From positions 55,428,001-55,492,000 of the forward strand of contig NC_043002.1 of the NCBI RefSeq assembly GCF_006345805.1: a stretch of DNA of 64,000 nucleotides, written 5' to 3'. This DNA comes from Octopus sinensis. Its lineage: Eukaryota. Below are positions 13,531-25,492 of the stretch, piece after piece. The position numbers were made by a program, and so were the translations under genes. Position 1 is the stretch's first letter; every line of letters begins with the position of its first letter. Under the pieces are notes generated by a model. It searched no databases and had not been told where the DNA came from. It saw only the letters and a program-made list of their open reading frames with translations.

Positions 13531-14161
13531 TGAGAGAAATAAATAAAAGAACACAAGAAACTCATATATATTACATTAGTCTGTTTTTGAACTTGTCAGT
13601 AGGAGAGAGGGAAGAGAGAAGAAAGAAAGAAAAATGGAAAACGAATCGGCCTTACTTGTGAAAACGTATACCCTACGACAAATAATGCGACTGTATTCAG
13701 AATGGGAAAAACCCATCACGTCGGGCTTTAATATTACAAAATGATAATCTTTGGTGCCATTTCATCGATATTTCTCGAAGACAAACAATTTTTACATGTC
13801 AGAGAATATCCGCACGGTAAACTTCGGACGTCGCTCCCCACGCGTTGTTAAAACAGCGAGAGGAAATAAACAACTTTCTCGATACGACGATTCCATACTA
13901 ATTTTGTTCTTTAGAAGATTTCTATAGCTCCGCTTAGCGAATTCATTCCTAGAAATATATGTGTACTTATCATTTAATTCGTCCATTTCTTGAAATTCTG
14001 GCCTAAACTCGAAATTTGAAGACTGAGACTTGTATTCCGTTTGAACTCTCACCGTGCGGGAATGTATGATTGACAAGAAGCGTCAGTATCTAGTAATCCC
14101 ATGCGAGAAGTTTTTTGTGCCATCTCGTTGCCACGTTTGGCAATGCCTGGACTGATTTCGC

Positions 14162-15584
14162 AATATTTCTACACCGATATATTCTGAAGCATAAATAATC
14201 TGGAGCCTCTACCTTTTAGTAAAATGTTGGTTAGAGCAAATATTCTCTCAACTCTCCCACTTCTTCGTAGATGAATGCCCAAGAATTATCAGAATGTAGA
14301 CACGGAACCGGTAAGCTGACAGAATCAGAAGCACTTTCGACAAATTGCTTAGCCGCCCAGCAATGTTGATGACCCAGTAGCGTTCATTATCCAGCAGTGT
14401 TCACTATATTGTGTTCGTGCGAATCACAATTCAGTAATGATTACTATCCAACAGCGTTCATTATCCAACACTGCTCATAGTCCCAAAGATTTTACCGTTC
14501 ATCTGCGTTCACCATCAAAGAATCTTACCATTTTACAGTGTATATGACTGAGCACTGTTCATTATCCAACAGTTTCTATTAAGCAACAGTATTTATTTTT
14601 TAACGTCTAACCGACATACCCATCTAATACTGTTCACTACCCAACAGTGTTCACTATTCTATAGTGTGTATTACCCAACACTGTTTACTAACGAACAGCA
14701 TTTAATGTCCAAAAGAGATCATTACCCAACAGTGATCATTTTCCAACAATGTCTATTCACGTTGTTCCATACTTAACTACGTACATTATACAAGAATTTC
14801 CGTTGCATATCTGTGTTCACTGACAAACTCAGTCCACCAGCCTGCGACGTTCATTCTACAACAGTGTTCACTATGTTCATCATTAATCACCACAAACCAG
14901 CATTATTTACAATCCTAAAGCATTCATTATCTGACATTTCTCACACTCCAACAACGTACATTATACAACAATGTTAACCATCCTACATTGCTCGTTATCT
15001 AACAGTGTTTACTTTGCTACAACGCTCATTGCCCAGCAGTGTTCACCATCCAACAGTGTTCACAATCCAATAGTGTTACCTATCAGTCAGTCTCACTATC
15101 AAATAGTGTATATTATCTAACAGAGCTCGCCATCATACTCTGTTTACTATCGTACAATGTTCATTATCCAGCCATGTTCCTCATCAATGTTTGTGATCTC
15201 ATGCTATTCATTATCCAGAAGTATTCATTGTATACTGGATGTGAACATCCTTCTCATATATTCTTCGTCAAATTCCCATTCTTACATATTACAGCACATT
15301 CTCTCAATCTCTCTCGTAATTCCAATCATTCACAAATTTTGTCCCGTTTTAGCTTCCGACTTGTTTTAATTCAATGCGCTGCAGCACTGTCACTCGATTT
15401 GTGTTGAAAATGATTGTCATGAAGTGGACATTTTTTTGCGTTATTTTCATATAAATAGCGATGTGAGTTGGTGAGATGAGCGTCATGATATATAAAAGTG
15501 GAAATTTATCATTTATTTTCATTTAGAAAATATAAAGACGCTCCAGATTATTTATGCTTCTTAATATATCGTTGCAGAAATATT
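14162..15584. repeat. 45-bp inverted repeats (14162-14206 and 15540-15584, 41/45 identical) flanking a ~1.33-kb segment
   Basis: Direct comparison. The enclosed segment is in the opposite orientation at ~42890-44250. Confidence 0.9.
14380..15260. repeat. degenerate ~17-20-bp minisatellite, consensus about CAGTGTTCATTATCCAA
   Basis: Motif recurs many times with substitutions. Copies at ~28150-29050 and ~43180-44090. Confidence 0.7.
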
Positions 15585-16497
15585 AATGACCTCCTAGAGA
15601 TATACGGTATCTGGATGAAACTACATAGGCACTATTAGCGGCTTGTAGGCACGTTATGCATAACGAAATAGCACGTGCCTACACAAATCATTAATATTTA
15701 TATTTCAGCCCCAGGAATGCGTTTAATACGTAAATTGGTATATCGAATAAATTAACACAACTGTATGCTGGTGGTGATGATGATAGTGATGACGATGACG
15801 GCGACATCGTTGACAAAGCAAAACGGGAAGGAGAAGGACAAGGATGATGAAAAAGATATTTATGATGGGCTCCAGCGAAATATTTCCGTGCCTGACTCAA
15901 GTACGCATGCGTTTGCGTGTCAATCGTATTCTTCCATATATATATGCAGCAATCCCCCAACGTTTGTTTTTAACGTTGCAAAACTTTCGCGATAGGTGAA
16001 AATCTGCGTAGTAGAAACAATACTGTACTGTATACTATTTTTCTACTAATTTTACAGTTTGTATATAAATTTTTATTATATATACAAAACAACACCACAG
16101 GGTAATCATCGTAAGCTTAAATAATAAACCCGATAGGCGGACCGCGATATGGCGAGAGATTACATCCACATTTCGAAGCACGAAAAGAAAGGACCTAGTC
16201 CTCAAAAGCATGAACCTAAGGCTTTCAAGAGATACATAACAAGGGTGAAATTTACTTGAAAACACTCCTGATTTCTTTTTTTCTGCAAATGCTTGTTGAG
16301 ATAGCTGATGTGGAATATGATGTGGAATGTGAAGGCAAGAAAATTACATCCACGTACAAAAAGGTCTCGTGATAAAATGAAAAAGGAAACAATTTTTATG
16401 ATGTACATGGTGTCTATGTATGGGCGTGGATATGCGTGGACATGGTCCGGTGTTATATAGTCACACATACACACTCACAAAAATACACACACACATA

Positions 16498-17784
16498 CGA
16501 GGGGCGTTCAATAAGTAATGGCTCTGACCCACTTGCCGTTGTTTGATCTAGCTGAAATTTTGCATGTGCAATTATTTATATTTCTATAGATTACGTGGCA
16601 AATTACAGCTCCGAACTAATTGTGGTTTCTGATTTACAGGTGTTTGAAATGAGTCAAGTGGGAAATGGAGCCTGTTGAGTGTCGAGCAGTGATCCGGTTT
16701 TTGTATTTGAAATGACGCACACCACAGGAGACTTCTGATGAAATGAAAGTAACTTATGGTGATGATGCCCCATCATATGGCCTTGTAAAACGCTGGCATC
16801 GTGAATTCAAACATGGTCGGAACTCTGTGGAAACAGCTCCCAGATCTGGTCGCCCCCCTTCTGCCATTGATGAGGCATTTGTCCGTCAAGTTGAGGCTGC
16901 CATTTTGGAAGATCGACGCATAACTATTCGCCAAATAGCCCATGAGGTCAAGATTAGTACCGGATCTGTGGAAACTATCATTCATGACTATGTGCATATG
17001 CAAAAGGTGTCTGCCAGATGGATTCCCAGGTTGCTCACACCTTTCCAGAAGCAAGAACGCGTCGAGTGCTCGAGGATGAATTTGGAGATGTGCCAAGAAG
17101 ATGAGTCAAAATTTTTCTAAAGACTGATTACACAGGATGAAATCTGGGTCCATCACTATGATCCAGAGACCAAAGCCCAGTCAATGCAGTGGAAGCACCA
17201 TGACTCACCTCCTCCAAAGAAGGCAAGGGTGCAGCCCTCCGCTGGCAAGGTCATGCTCACAGCCTTCTGGGACCAGGACGGAGTAGTGATGACAGATTTC
17301 CTGGCAAAGGGTTCCACAATTACAGGAGCCTATCATGCTTCACTTTTGAGGAAATTAAGAGAAGCTATCAAAACCAAGAGGCGGGGCAAGATCAGCAAAG
17401 GCATCCTCCTCTTCCAGGACAACGCTCCGGTCCACAACTCGCGTGTCGCCAGATCAGAAGCACAGGCGTGCGGCTATGAAATCTTCCCCCATCCCCCTAC
17501 TCTCCTGACCTTGCACACTCTGATTTTCACCTCTTCCCAGCCATGAAGTTGTTTTTGAAAGGAAAGCGTTTCCCAGATGATGCAGCCTTGATTTCTGAAG
17601 TCACGTCGTGGTTGGAGGACCAAGCTGGGGTCTTCTACGAAAACGGTCTCCAGAGCTGCATCAAACGATGGGAGAAATGCGTAACTCTGAGTGGTTCATA
17701 TGTAGAAAAAGACTAATAACTGTGCCAAGTTTCGTTGCTCTACTGCTATAGGAAGTGGGTCAGGGGCATTACTTATTGAACGCC
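16498..17784 (+). mobile_element. mariner (Tc1/mariner, DD34D) DNA transposon
   Basis: TA then TIR CGAGGGGCGTTCAATAAGTAATGGCTCTGACCCACT. Right TIR AGTGGGTCAGGGGCATTACTTATTGAACGCC lacks its last 5 bp. Confidence 0.95.
16665..17716 (+). pseudogene. mariner transposase pseudogene
   Basis: MEPVECRAVIRFLYLK*..., WIPRLL, QDEIWV, FQDNAPVH, YSPDLAHSD. Two in-frame stops and one 1-bp deletion near 17495. Confidence 0.95.
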
Positions 17785-18186
17785 ACACATACATACAATA
17801 TTCCTACTAATATGTGTAAAATGAATAAACGAGTAGCAAAACTAGAAAGAAATTGTTGAGAGTAGAAGTGAAAATGTCAAAGTCCCGTTTCACTGAACCT
17901 TCACTAAAAATTATAAAAAGAAAACGTGAATATGGAAGAGAAATATGGAAGAGAAACGAAAAGTTCTTCAGTTTAGAGTCGTTTTCATCTCTCCTTAAAA
18001 AATATTTCGAGACGGAGGTAAAAAAATATTTTCATTATTGTCTTTTAAAGCAAAGTTAATTTTGGACAATATATTTTTAAAAAATACTTCTCAATTTTTA
18101 AAAAAATATTTTGGATTGTCTCTTAAGCAAAGACAAACAGGAAAAAAATAAACTTGTTATCGCAAATTAGTTCATTTTCACTAAGT

Positions 18187-18196
18187 GGGATTTCCC
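18187..18196 (+). promoter_or_regulatory. NF-kB/Rel consensus site GGGATTTCCC (also 45336-45345)
   Basis: Exact match to GGGRNWYYCC, conserved in both units that keep this block. Function untested. Confidence 0.4.
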
Positions 18197-19029
18197 TTTG
18201 GTCGGGATAAAGTGTGTGTATGTTTTATCTTTTACCCAAGGAGATTCCGGTTTAACCAATGTAGTTTTCCTTAACACTAGACCAGATTATGTAACATAAG
18301 AGATTTCTTGTTTCGCAATTAATATCCGTCTTTATCTCTCGGATATTTCTAAGTGGTTGTAACTTTGCCTAATTCAAATTCTGTATCAGCTATTTCCACA
18401 GGATTTACGGAAAATTCGGGGAGGTGATGGATAAGTGAGTTTATCGTTTCTAATTATTTCTTGAGGATTTTTGGTTGATGCATGGTGTTGATGGTTGGGC
18501 TTTTGAAGACCAAGTCCTTTACGTTTGTGCTTCGAAGAAAGGATTGGGAGAGTCACATTGGTGAATGTCTTTATGTTTGCTATTCCTGAGTCATAACTGT
18601 TGAGTTGTTCCTGCAATTCAGTAGGGGTCAGCCTTACCGCATTCTTCAATTCAGAATTACGTTAAGTGTACATGTGTCTGTGTAGTACTCAGCCGCTTGC
18701 ACGTTAATTTCATGAGCATTCTGTTCGTTTGATTGTATCATCTGGAACACTCGTCGACAACCAACTGAGAACCAGGCCGCTTGCAATAAGGATTTCCATT
18801 ATCTAGTCGTAGGTTTCTGTTCTTGCCATATTCTTATATTGATGCTGTTTCTTCTGTTTCACCTCCCTTTCCTCCTCCCCATCCCCTCCTCCTAAGCACA
18901 TTTCTCCATTTGTGACTGTCGGTATTGTTGGTTGTAAATTATTTTCAATATTTTGTGTATTCGTTTTTTGGGATATTAGACCCTTGATTTCTGAAAGTAT
19001 GTGAGTTGTGATTGAGGGAGTGATTGGTT

Positions 19030-19170
19030 TCGTTATCTCACTCTGGTGGTGGTGATGGTGGTGGTGGTGGTGGTGGTTGTGGTGATGATGGTGGGTGTGG
19101 TGGTGATGATGGTGGTGGTGGTGAAGATGATGATGGAGATGATAATGACGACGACGACATTGGCGACGGC
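19030..19170. repeat. (GGT/GAT)n trinucleotide tract (also ~46225-46385)
   Basis: Direct reading; source of the His-rich ORFs. Confidence 0.9.
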
Positions 19171-19314
19171 GAGAGTAACAACGATTTGTAACATTAAACT
19201 GTAACTCACTATTCCCTGCTCGATTACCTCCCGTTAAGCGAAAGTAACCCACTAGCAATTGGACTGTGACCTATATACTGTGATAAAAATAGTTCATTCA
19301 TAAAAGCTTTCCCC

Positions 19315-19323
19315 TTCCCGTAA
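19315..19323 (+). promoter_or_regulatory. STAT GAS site TTCCCGTAA (also 46527-46535)
   Basis: Identical to the core of the high-affinity m67 SIE as I recall it. Function untested. Confidence 0.4.
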
Positions 19324-19473
19324 ACCTAAATCTCTGTCTCACTGAAAGTAAAATATTAGCACAAGCTTCAACTTCCGCCAGAAATGAAAGCGAGCAATTT
19401 TCGTAAACTAAATCTAAACAATACGGAAAGGAAAATGATATCTTCCAGCTTCGTGAAGGCCATCACATAGAAT

Positions 19474-19483
19474 GGGATTTTCC
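19474..19483 (+). promoter_or_regulatory. NF-kB site GGGATTTTCC (also 46686-46695)
   Basis: Same 10-mer as the kB site of the mammalian IL6 promoter as I recall it. Function untested. Confidence 0.4.
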
Positions 19484-20188
19484 AAATCTATCACTGCTAA
19501 AACCACTATATAAGCCGATATTCCATCGTCACTTAAACACAATAATTCGTAACAAGCGAAGGAACTACAACTTGACGTTCTCTCAAAACCTTTCTCATAA
19601 CGAAAAGTCACACAAAATGAATAACTGTAAGTATGAGGTCGGCATTATGTACATACATACATACATACATACATACATACATACATACATACATACATAC
19701 GTACAAACATACATACATGCATACATACATACATACATACATAAGCACATACATACATAGAAACACACGCGGACACATACGTGTAAATTCGGGACATCGA
19801 GGTGTAGGAAGACAGTTAGCTTCAAGCAATTCGCAGTAAATATAAGAAAACAACTTTCAGAACAATAGTGGTGTATTGAGACGGAAGGTTGAGGATCATT
19901 TTTCTTTATCGAAAAACGATGCGAGGAGAAAATTTGTTTTTATATTCCACCGTAGGCGACAAGGTTTGCCGAGTTTACCAAAAACAATACAAGAATTACA
20001 GAATGGAGAAGGAAAATCTGGGCTACATGTGTTTCATGGCGACTGAAAGCTCATAAATGGTAAATCGAAATGAGGCGTATACCGACGGTTAAACTTCAGG
20101 CCAAGAATATCTTGAGTAGATTAAAGGTTATAATGTCATGAAAAAGTAATTGTTAAAACATACAAGAAAGTAATCGTCTTTCCAATAG

Positions 20189-20229
<41 letters not shown>

Positions 20230-20495
20230 CTAGTTTGCGGCGATGCTGTGGCACGACCATGAAGAATTGTTTGTCGAATGTATTAACCCGATGATTTATT
20301 TCTGAAAGCTATGTACTTATTCTGTTGGTAAATTTTTAGTGAACTGTTAATTTAGAAGCATTGGTCGTCAAGCGGAACTCAAGGGGGAGGGACAATGGCA
20401 CACACACACATACATACACACGCACACACACACATGCACACAGAAACGCACAAACTCATTCATGCACATATGTATATATATGTATATCCCGAACA

Positions 20496-20541
<46 letters not shown>

Positions 20542-20542
20542 G

Positions 20543-20589
<47 letters not shown>

Positions 20590-20601
20590 TTATCTATCTA
20601 A

Positions 20602-20676
<75 letters not shown>

Positions 20677-20703
20677 ACTAACTATCTATGTATCTATCTA
20701 TCT

Positions 20704-21837
20704 CCGGCTCTATGTAGACGACGGTGAACAGGTGTGGTCGCCGTTTGTGAGGCACGCATTCCCGCAACTCGTCTCCATGACCGAACTACAGTCGTGGATC
20801 AAAAAGAGGCCGAAGAAGGGCGAATGGCACCGCGAGTGTCGCGTTGCTCTCAAGCAACTCTGCCGTCCCGGGTCGACCTTGAGTGACTTCAACACAACCA
20901 AAGCATTCTATAGGGGATTAGTGGAGGGGAGGTACGACGACGAGCTCGGGGCAAACCTGGGCGTCAACGAGGAATACCTGACCCGCCTGTTTCAAACGAC
21001 TTTCGGCCCGGGACCTATGGACAACTTCCAGAGATCCCTGGCCTGGCGGTGCTACCGAGAAGCGCTACCCGTTCGGGATAAGCTCTATAGGCATGGCTCG
21101 AGAAACACGGGGCCGACCTGCCCGAGATGCGGGCAGAGCGACGAAACCGCTCTGCACGCAATCGTGCAGTGTCCAGCAATTTCCCACCTGTGGGCTTATG
21201 TCGAACGACTGCTGTCACGTGTGGGACGTGTCGGTTTATCCGCCGAGGCTATCGTTAATATCGTCACGCCTCCTTCCTTCAAACGGGAAGGAAGAGCTAT
21301 TTTTATCATACTTGTGGCTATGGCGAAAGAATGTATCTGCTGGACGCGTCTGAAAGGATTAGAGACAAACACTTTCCTCTCTGGTCAATCTCTCATCAAC
21401 TTCTTCAAGTATCACTTGAAGAAAAAAGTGAGAGTAGAGAGGCAAGTTTTGTCTAGTGAATGTTTTAAAAAAAGATGGGTGAATGTAGCAAGGATGGCAC
21501 GTATGAATGACGAAGCCACCTTGACTATGATTCTATGAACCGTAAAAATTAATACAGAGAGTTGCTTATTTGCAAAAAAAAAATAAAAGAAATATAACAT
21601 GTGACTTCATTGACCGAGGTTACCGTGGTCTTTTCCGTAGGCTTTTCTTTCCACGGGTAAACCTCACCTGTCCTCCCCTTTACACTTCATATTGACATTT
21701 CTGTGATAACGATCCCTATTGATCAATTTTTTTTCCTCTCCCCCTTTTTTTTTACCCCCCCCTTTTTTTGTCCTCCTTCTCTCCTTTTACGATCCCTTTT
21801 GATCGACCCCCCCTTTTTTATTTTATTTTATTTTTTA

Positions 21838-21868
<31 letters not shown>

Positions 21869-21953
21869 TTTTTTTTAAACCTTCAAAAGAAAAGCTCTAC
21901 CTTGTAATTTGTTCTATCTGTGTGCAGCCCTGTGTGGCTAATAAAGAAACATA
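20704..21953 (+). mobile_element. 5'-truncated Tx1/L1-clade LINE (1.25 kb) in (TCTA)n, ~530 bp upstream of the copy B start codon
   Basis: ORF 20732-21538 contains CPRCGQSDETALHAIVQC. 3' end AATAAAGAAACATA then TCTA. Empty sites in units C and D. Confidence 0.92.
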
Positions 21954-21964
21954 TCTATCTAACG

Positions 21965-22013
<49 letters not shown>

Positions 22014-22032
22014 ACTATCTATCTATCTATCG

Positions 22033-22078
<46 letters not shown>

Positions 22079-22103
22079 TTATCTATCTATCATTCTATCT
22101 ATC

Positions 22104-22169
<66 letters not shown>

Positions 22170-22200
22170 CATATGCCTCTATATATGTATATAAGTGGTA

Positions 22201-22207
22201 TATAAAA
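22201..22207 (+). promoter_or_regulatory. TATA-like TATAAAA upstream of the cytokine-like gene (also 33187-33193, 47901-47907)
   Basis: Conserved 265-280 bp upstream of the ATG in copies B, C and D. TSS unknown. Confidence 0.3.
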
Positions 22208-22479
22208 TATCGCATCTTTCCCTAAATTGAATATTTCTATTTTTATCACTTCTGAATACAACCATTGCAGTGCAGTGCATTGTTTTTATTTCTATTATAT
22301 AATTATCGCACTCAATTCCTATGGTAGAACAAAACAACAACAAAACACTTAAAACGTGGCCTTCTTCCACTCAGCCAAATATCTATTCACTTCTCTTTAA
22401 CACACTACACAAGAAATTATGGTTTATATTTAGTGGAAATATGTTAAATATTTGTGAATATCGTTTATTGAGTTCCAAA

Positions 22480-22867
22480 ATGTTCAGCTCATTGTTTACT
22501 ACACGTGAAAAACTAACAGCGACTTATCGAGTTATTTCTTTTTAATAATAACAATTCCTTCAATGTCTCCCTTTCCTTCCAAATGTTCCTTAATGATATT
22601 TTTTTTCTATTTTCCCGTAGACTGGCAATATATATTAGTCCTATGTATCTCAGTCTGGACTTCATTCATCCAGGGAGCATCGATAAAACCTACAGCGATA
22701 CCAATAAATAACATAAAAGCTCAGCTGGAGGCGGCTCGCAAGGCCTCAGTAGCTGTGAACACTACTTTGCATTCTTTTGTAAGTTTACATTTATTCATTC
22801 ATATATTATTGTTATTATTATTGTTATTCTTGTTGTTGCTGTTGTTGTTGTTGTTGTTGTTGTTGTC

Positions 22868-22965
<98 letters not shown>

Positions 22966-23442
22966 GATTACTATTATCATCATCATTGAGTGTTAGAGCA
23001 GTGCATGCCATCAACGTAACACTGGGGTAACATAAACGAAGCCCAGTATACGTATCATGACTACCCGACTGATAAGTGTACACCAGGCACATGCATCACA
23101 ACCATATGTGCGTGACATGGTGATCTCATACCAAGATAAACAGCGCATGAACTTACAGGTGGGGCCCAGTTAGAATTTTCTTCCGGTCGAGTAACCCATC
23201 CTGCTCAAAAGGTCCCTGAAAAAGGATTGTTTAAGGATGTTGTACGAACCACCCCTGTTTCCAAGGTGAATTATCCAAACCTCTAAAAATTCCTTTCAAT
23301 ATGATGCCTCCCACACATTACTTCTGTTTCTAATCAGAGAGGCACATATCGTCAGCCATTAACGGACATGCTCAACTGGTTAGGTCAAACAACTGACAAG
23401 CAAATCTGTGATATTGAGCAGAATATTTGCTGTAGCCCATCT

Positions 23443-23481
<39 letters not shown>

Positions 23482-24981
23482 TTATTATATTATTATTATG
23501 ATTATTATTATTATTTTATTATTATTATTATTATTATTATTGTTGTTATTATTAGCATTATTAATGTTATTATAATTATAATTACTACTACTACTACTAC
23601 AAATACTACAACACAACAACTACTACTACTACTACTACTATATGTTATTAATTTTTTTTATATTTTATTATTATTATCACTTCTTGTTATGCCACTCCAA
23701 AATATATTACCTATCATATAAATAAGTTCTCGTAAATATAAATATTTATAACGACTAGTTCCATGTAAACGGACTTCTACTCATTGTTTTCTAATCCTAT
23801 CTGTCCAAATCTCAGGCTCATAATATGTCGTGTTTTTACAGTGCCACAACACTCCAATCGCTTCTGCGGTAAGCTGTCTCACTTTATTCATAGGCTACTC
23901 AACCAGACGGAACTTACATTCCCTCAGCTCTACATTCAACACAATATCACCATGCCGCAGACAGACTTAGTCAAGGTATGGACATATTATCAAACACCTT
24001 TTCTTGAAATATTTATACACTTTCTTCTCAAACTCGATTCTATATTTATAAGAAATCTCAATCATTGTCGAATAAAATTCAAGCTTCTCAACAATTCTTT
24101 ATTAAGATTGCTCTATCCAATATGTCTGCAACCCTCAGTCAATATGTTACTGTGTTGAAGAAATCAGAGGAAAAGAGAATATGATAGGGCTGTGTGCCCC
24201 TGCCAAACGTATACAGACAGAGGTCATTATCCCGCTGCCTGTTCTAAACTCACTCCCACATCTGATGCCATATTTTATTGTTATTAAAAAACAAACGCTT
24301 TATTACTTGGTTGATACGATACTTTTCCTGGATTTACCGGTAAGAATTATTTTCCTCATACTTCTCCCTGGATGATATTTTAGATATTACTCGTAGAATT
24401 CATCTGGGAAGTTATGGTTAGTTTATTTAAAGAAACTGTTGTCAAAGATCAATGGTTCCATTCTTTAGATTCCTTTGGAGAAATATAGAATCATTTCAAA
24501 GCGTTCTTGCCTTCCATAGTTACCATACGATTACAACTTAAATCTCTTCAGGTTTTTTTTCTTCCTTAAGATTTCTATTGTAAGGTGTTACGTGCAGAGG
24601 ATAATTAGGTTACCCCATCCGCTATTTCCTCAGTTATATGATGCTTTTAAGTTGACAACAATGCGTAGAAATGTAACCAGCATAGAATGTCTAATTATTT
24701 CAAGTAAATACTACAATTAGAATAATTTTGAACCGTTCAAATTTAACAACGTAACTTAGTCTATCAAAATGTTTTCTATCAGATATACGTGTGCATCCAT
24801 GAGTTTCTATATTTCTTAGTTGCATATATCGTATACTACGTGTGTATATATAGTTAGTATTAGGAAATGTGATACTTAATCTGTGTAAATGTCTCTGTCG
24901 CATTGAATCTTGGGGGGAAAAGTTTCATTTGCATGATTGTATCTCATCTGCGTGAGATTTCATATGAATTTATATATATAC

Positions 24982-25063
<82 letters not shown>

Positions 25064-25073
25064 TAGATATATA

Positions 25074-25132
<59 letters not shown>

Positions 25133-25407
25133 ATATAATATATATTATACTAATATATCTAGTATATATATATATATATCCATACGTATAGTTAGTATTA
25201 GGAAATGTGATACTTAATCTGTGTAAATGTCTCTTGCATGGCATTGAATCTTGTGGGAAAAAGTTTCATTTGCCATGATTGTATCTCATCTGCGTGAGAT
25301 TTCATATGAATTTATATGTATATATATATGTATATATATATATATATATATATTAGATATATATATATATATAATATATTATATCTATATAGTAATATAT
25401 ATATATG

Positions 25408-25445
<38 letters not shown>

Positions 25446-25456
25446 TATATAGTATG

Positions 25457-25492
<36 letters not shown>

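Larger units (their letters stand above)
11000..15960. repeat. ~5-kb segment present in inverted orientation at ~27430-32530
   Basis: Matching ORF-track pairs on opposite strands: 15039-15407(+) with 27989-28357(-); 13792-14076(-) with 29339-29620(+); 15691-15960(-) with 27361-27705(+). Confidence 0.95.

Noticed and set aside
13792-14076. 94-aa ORF MSIIHSRTVRV... as a gene
   Set aside because: No recognisable domain, one copy is frameshifted, and conservation matches the surrounding DNA.
15039-15407. 122-aa ORF open in three units
   Set aside because: About 20 amino-acid changes in ~117 positions against the 43024-43443 copy at roughly 8-10 percent nucleotide divergence looks neutral. It lies in a degenerate repeat with no splice context.
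18803-19258. His-rich ORF (also 46111-46470)
   Set aside because: The His run is a (GGT/GAT)n microsatellite, and the frame and flanks are not conserved between units.
22321-22479. Upstream in-frame ATG (MVEQNNNK...) as the start codon
   Set aside because: An 8-bp deletion breaks this frame in intact copy D, and the extension would bury the signal peptide.
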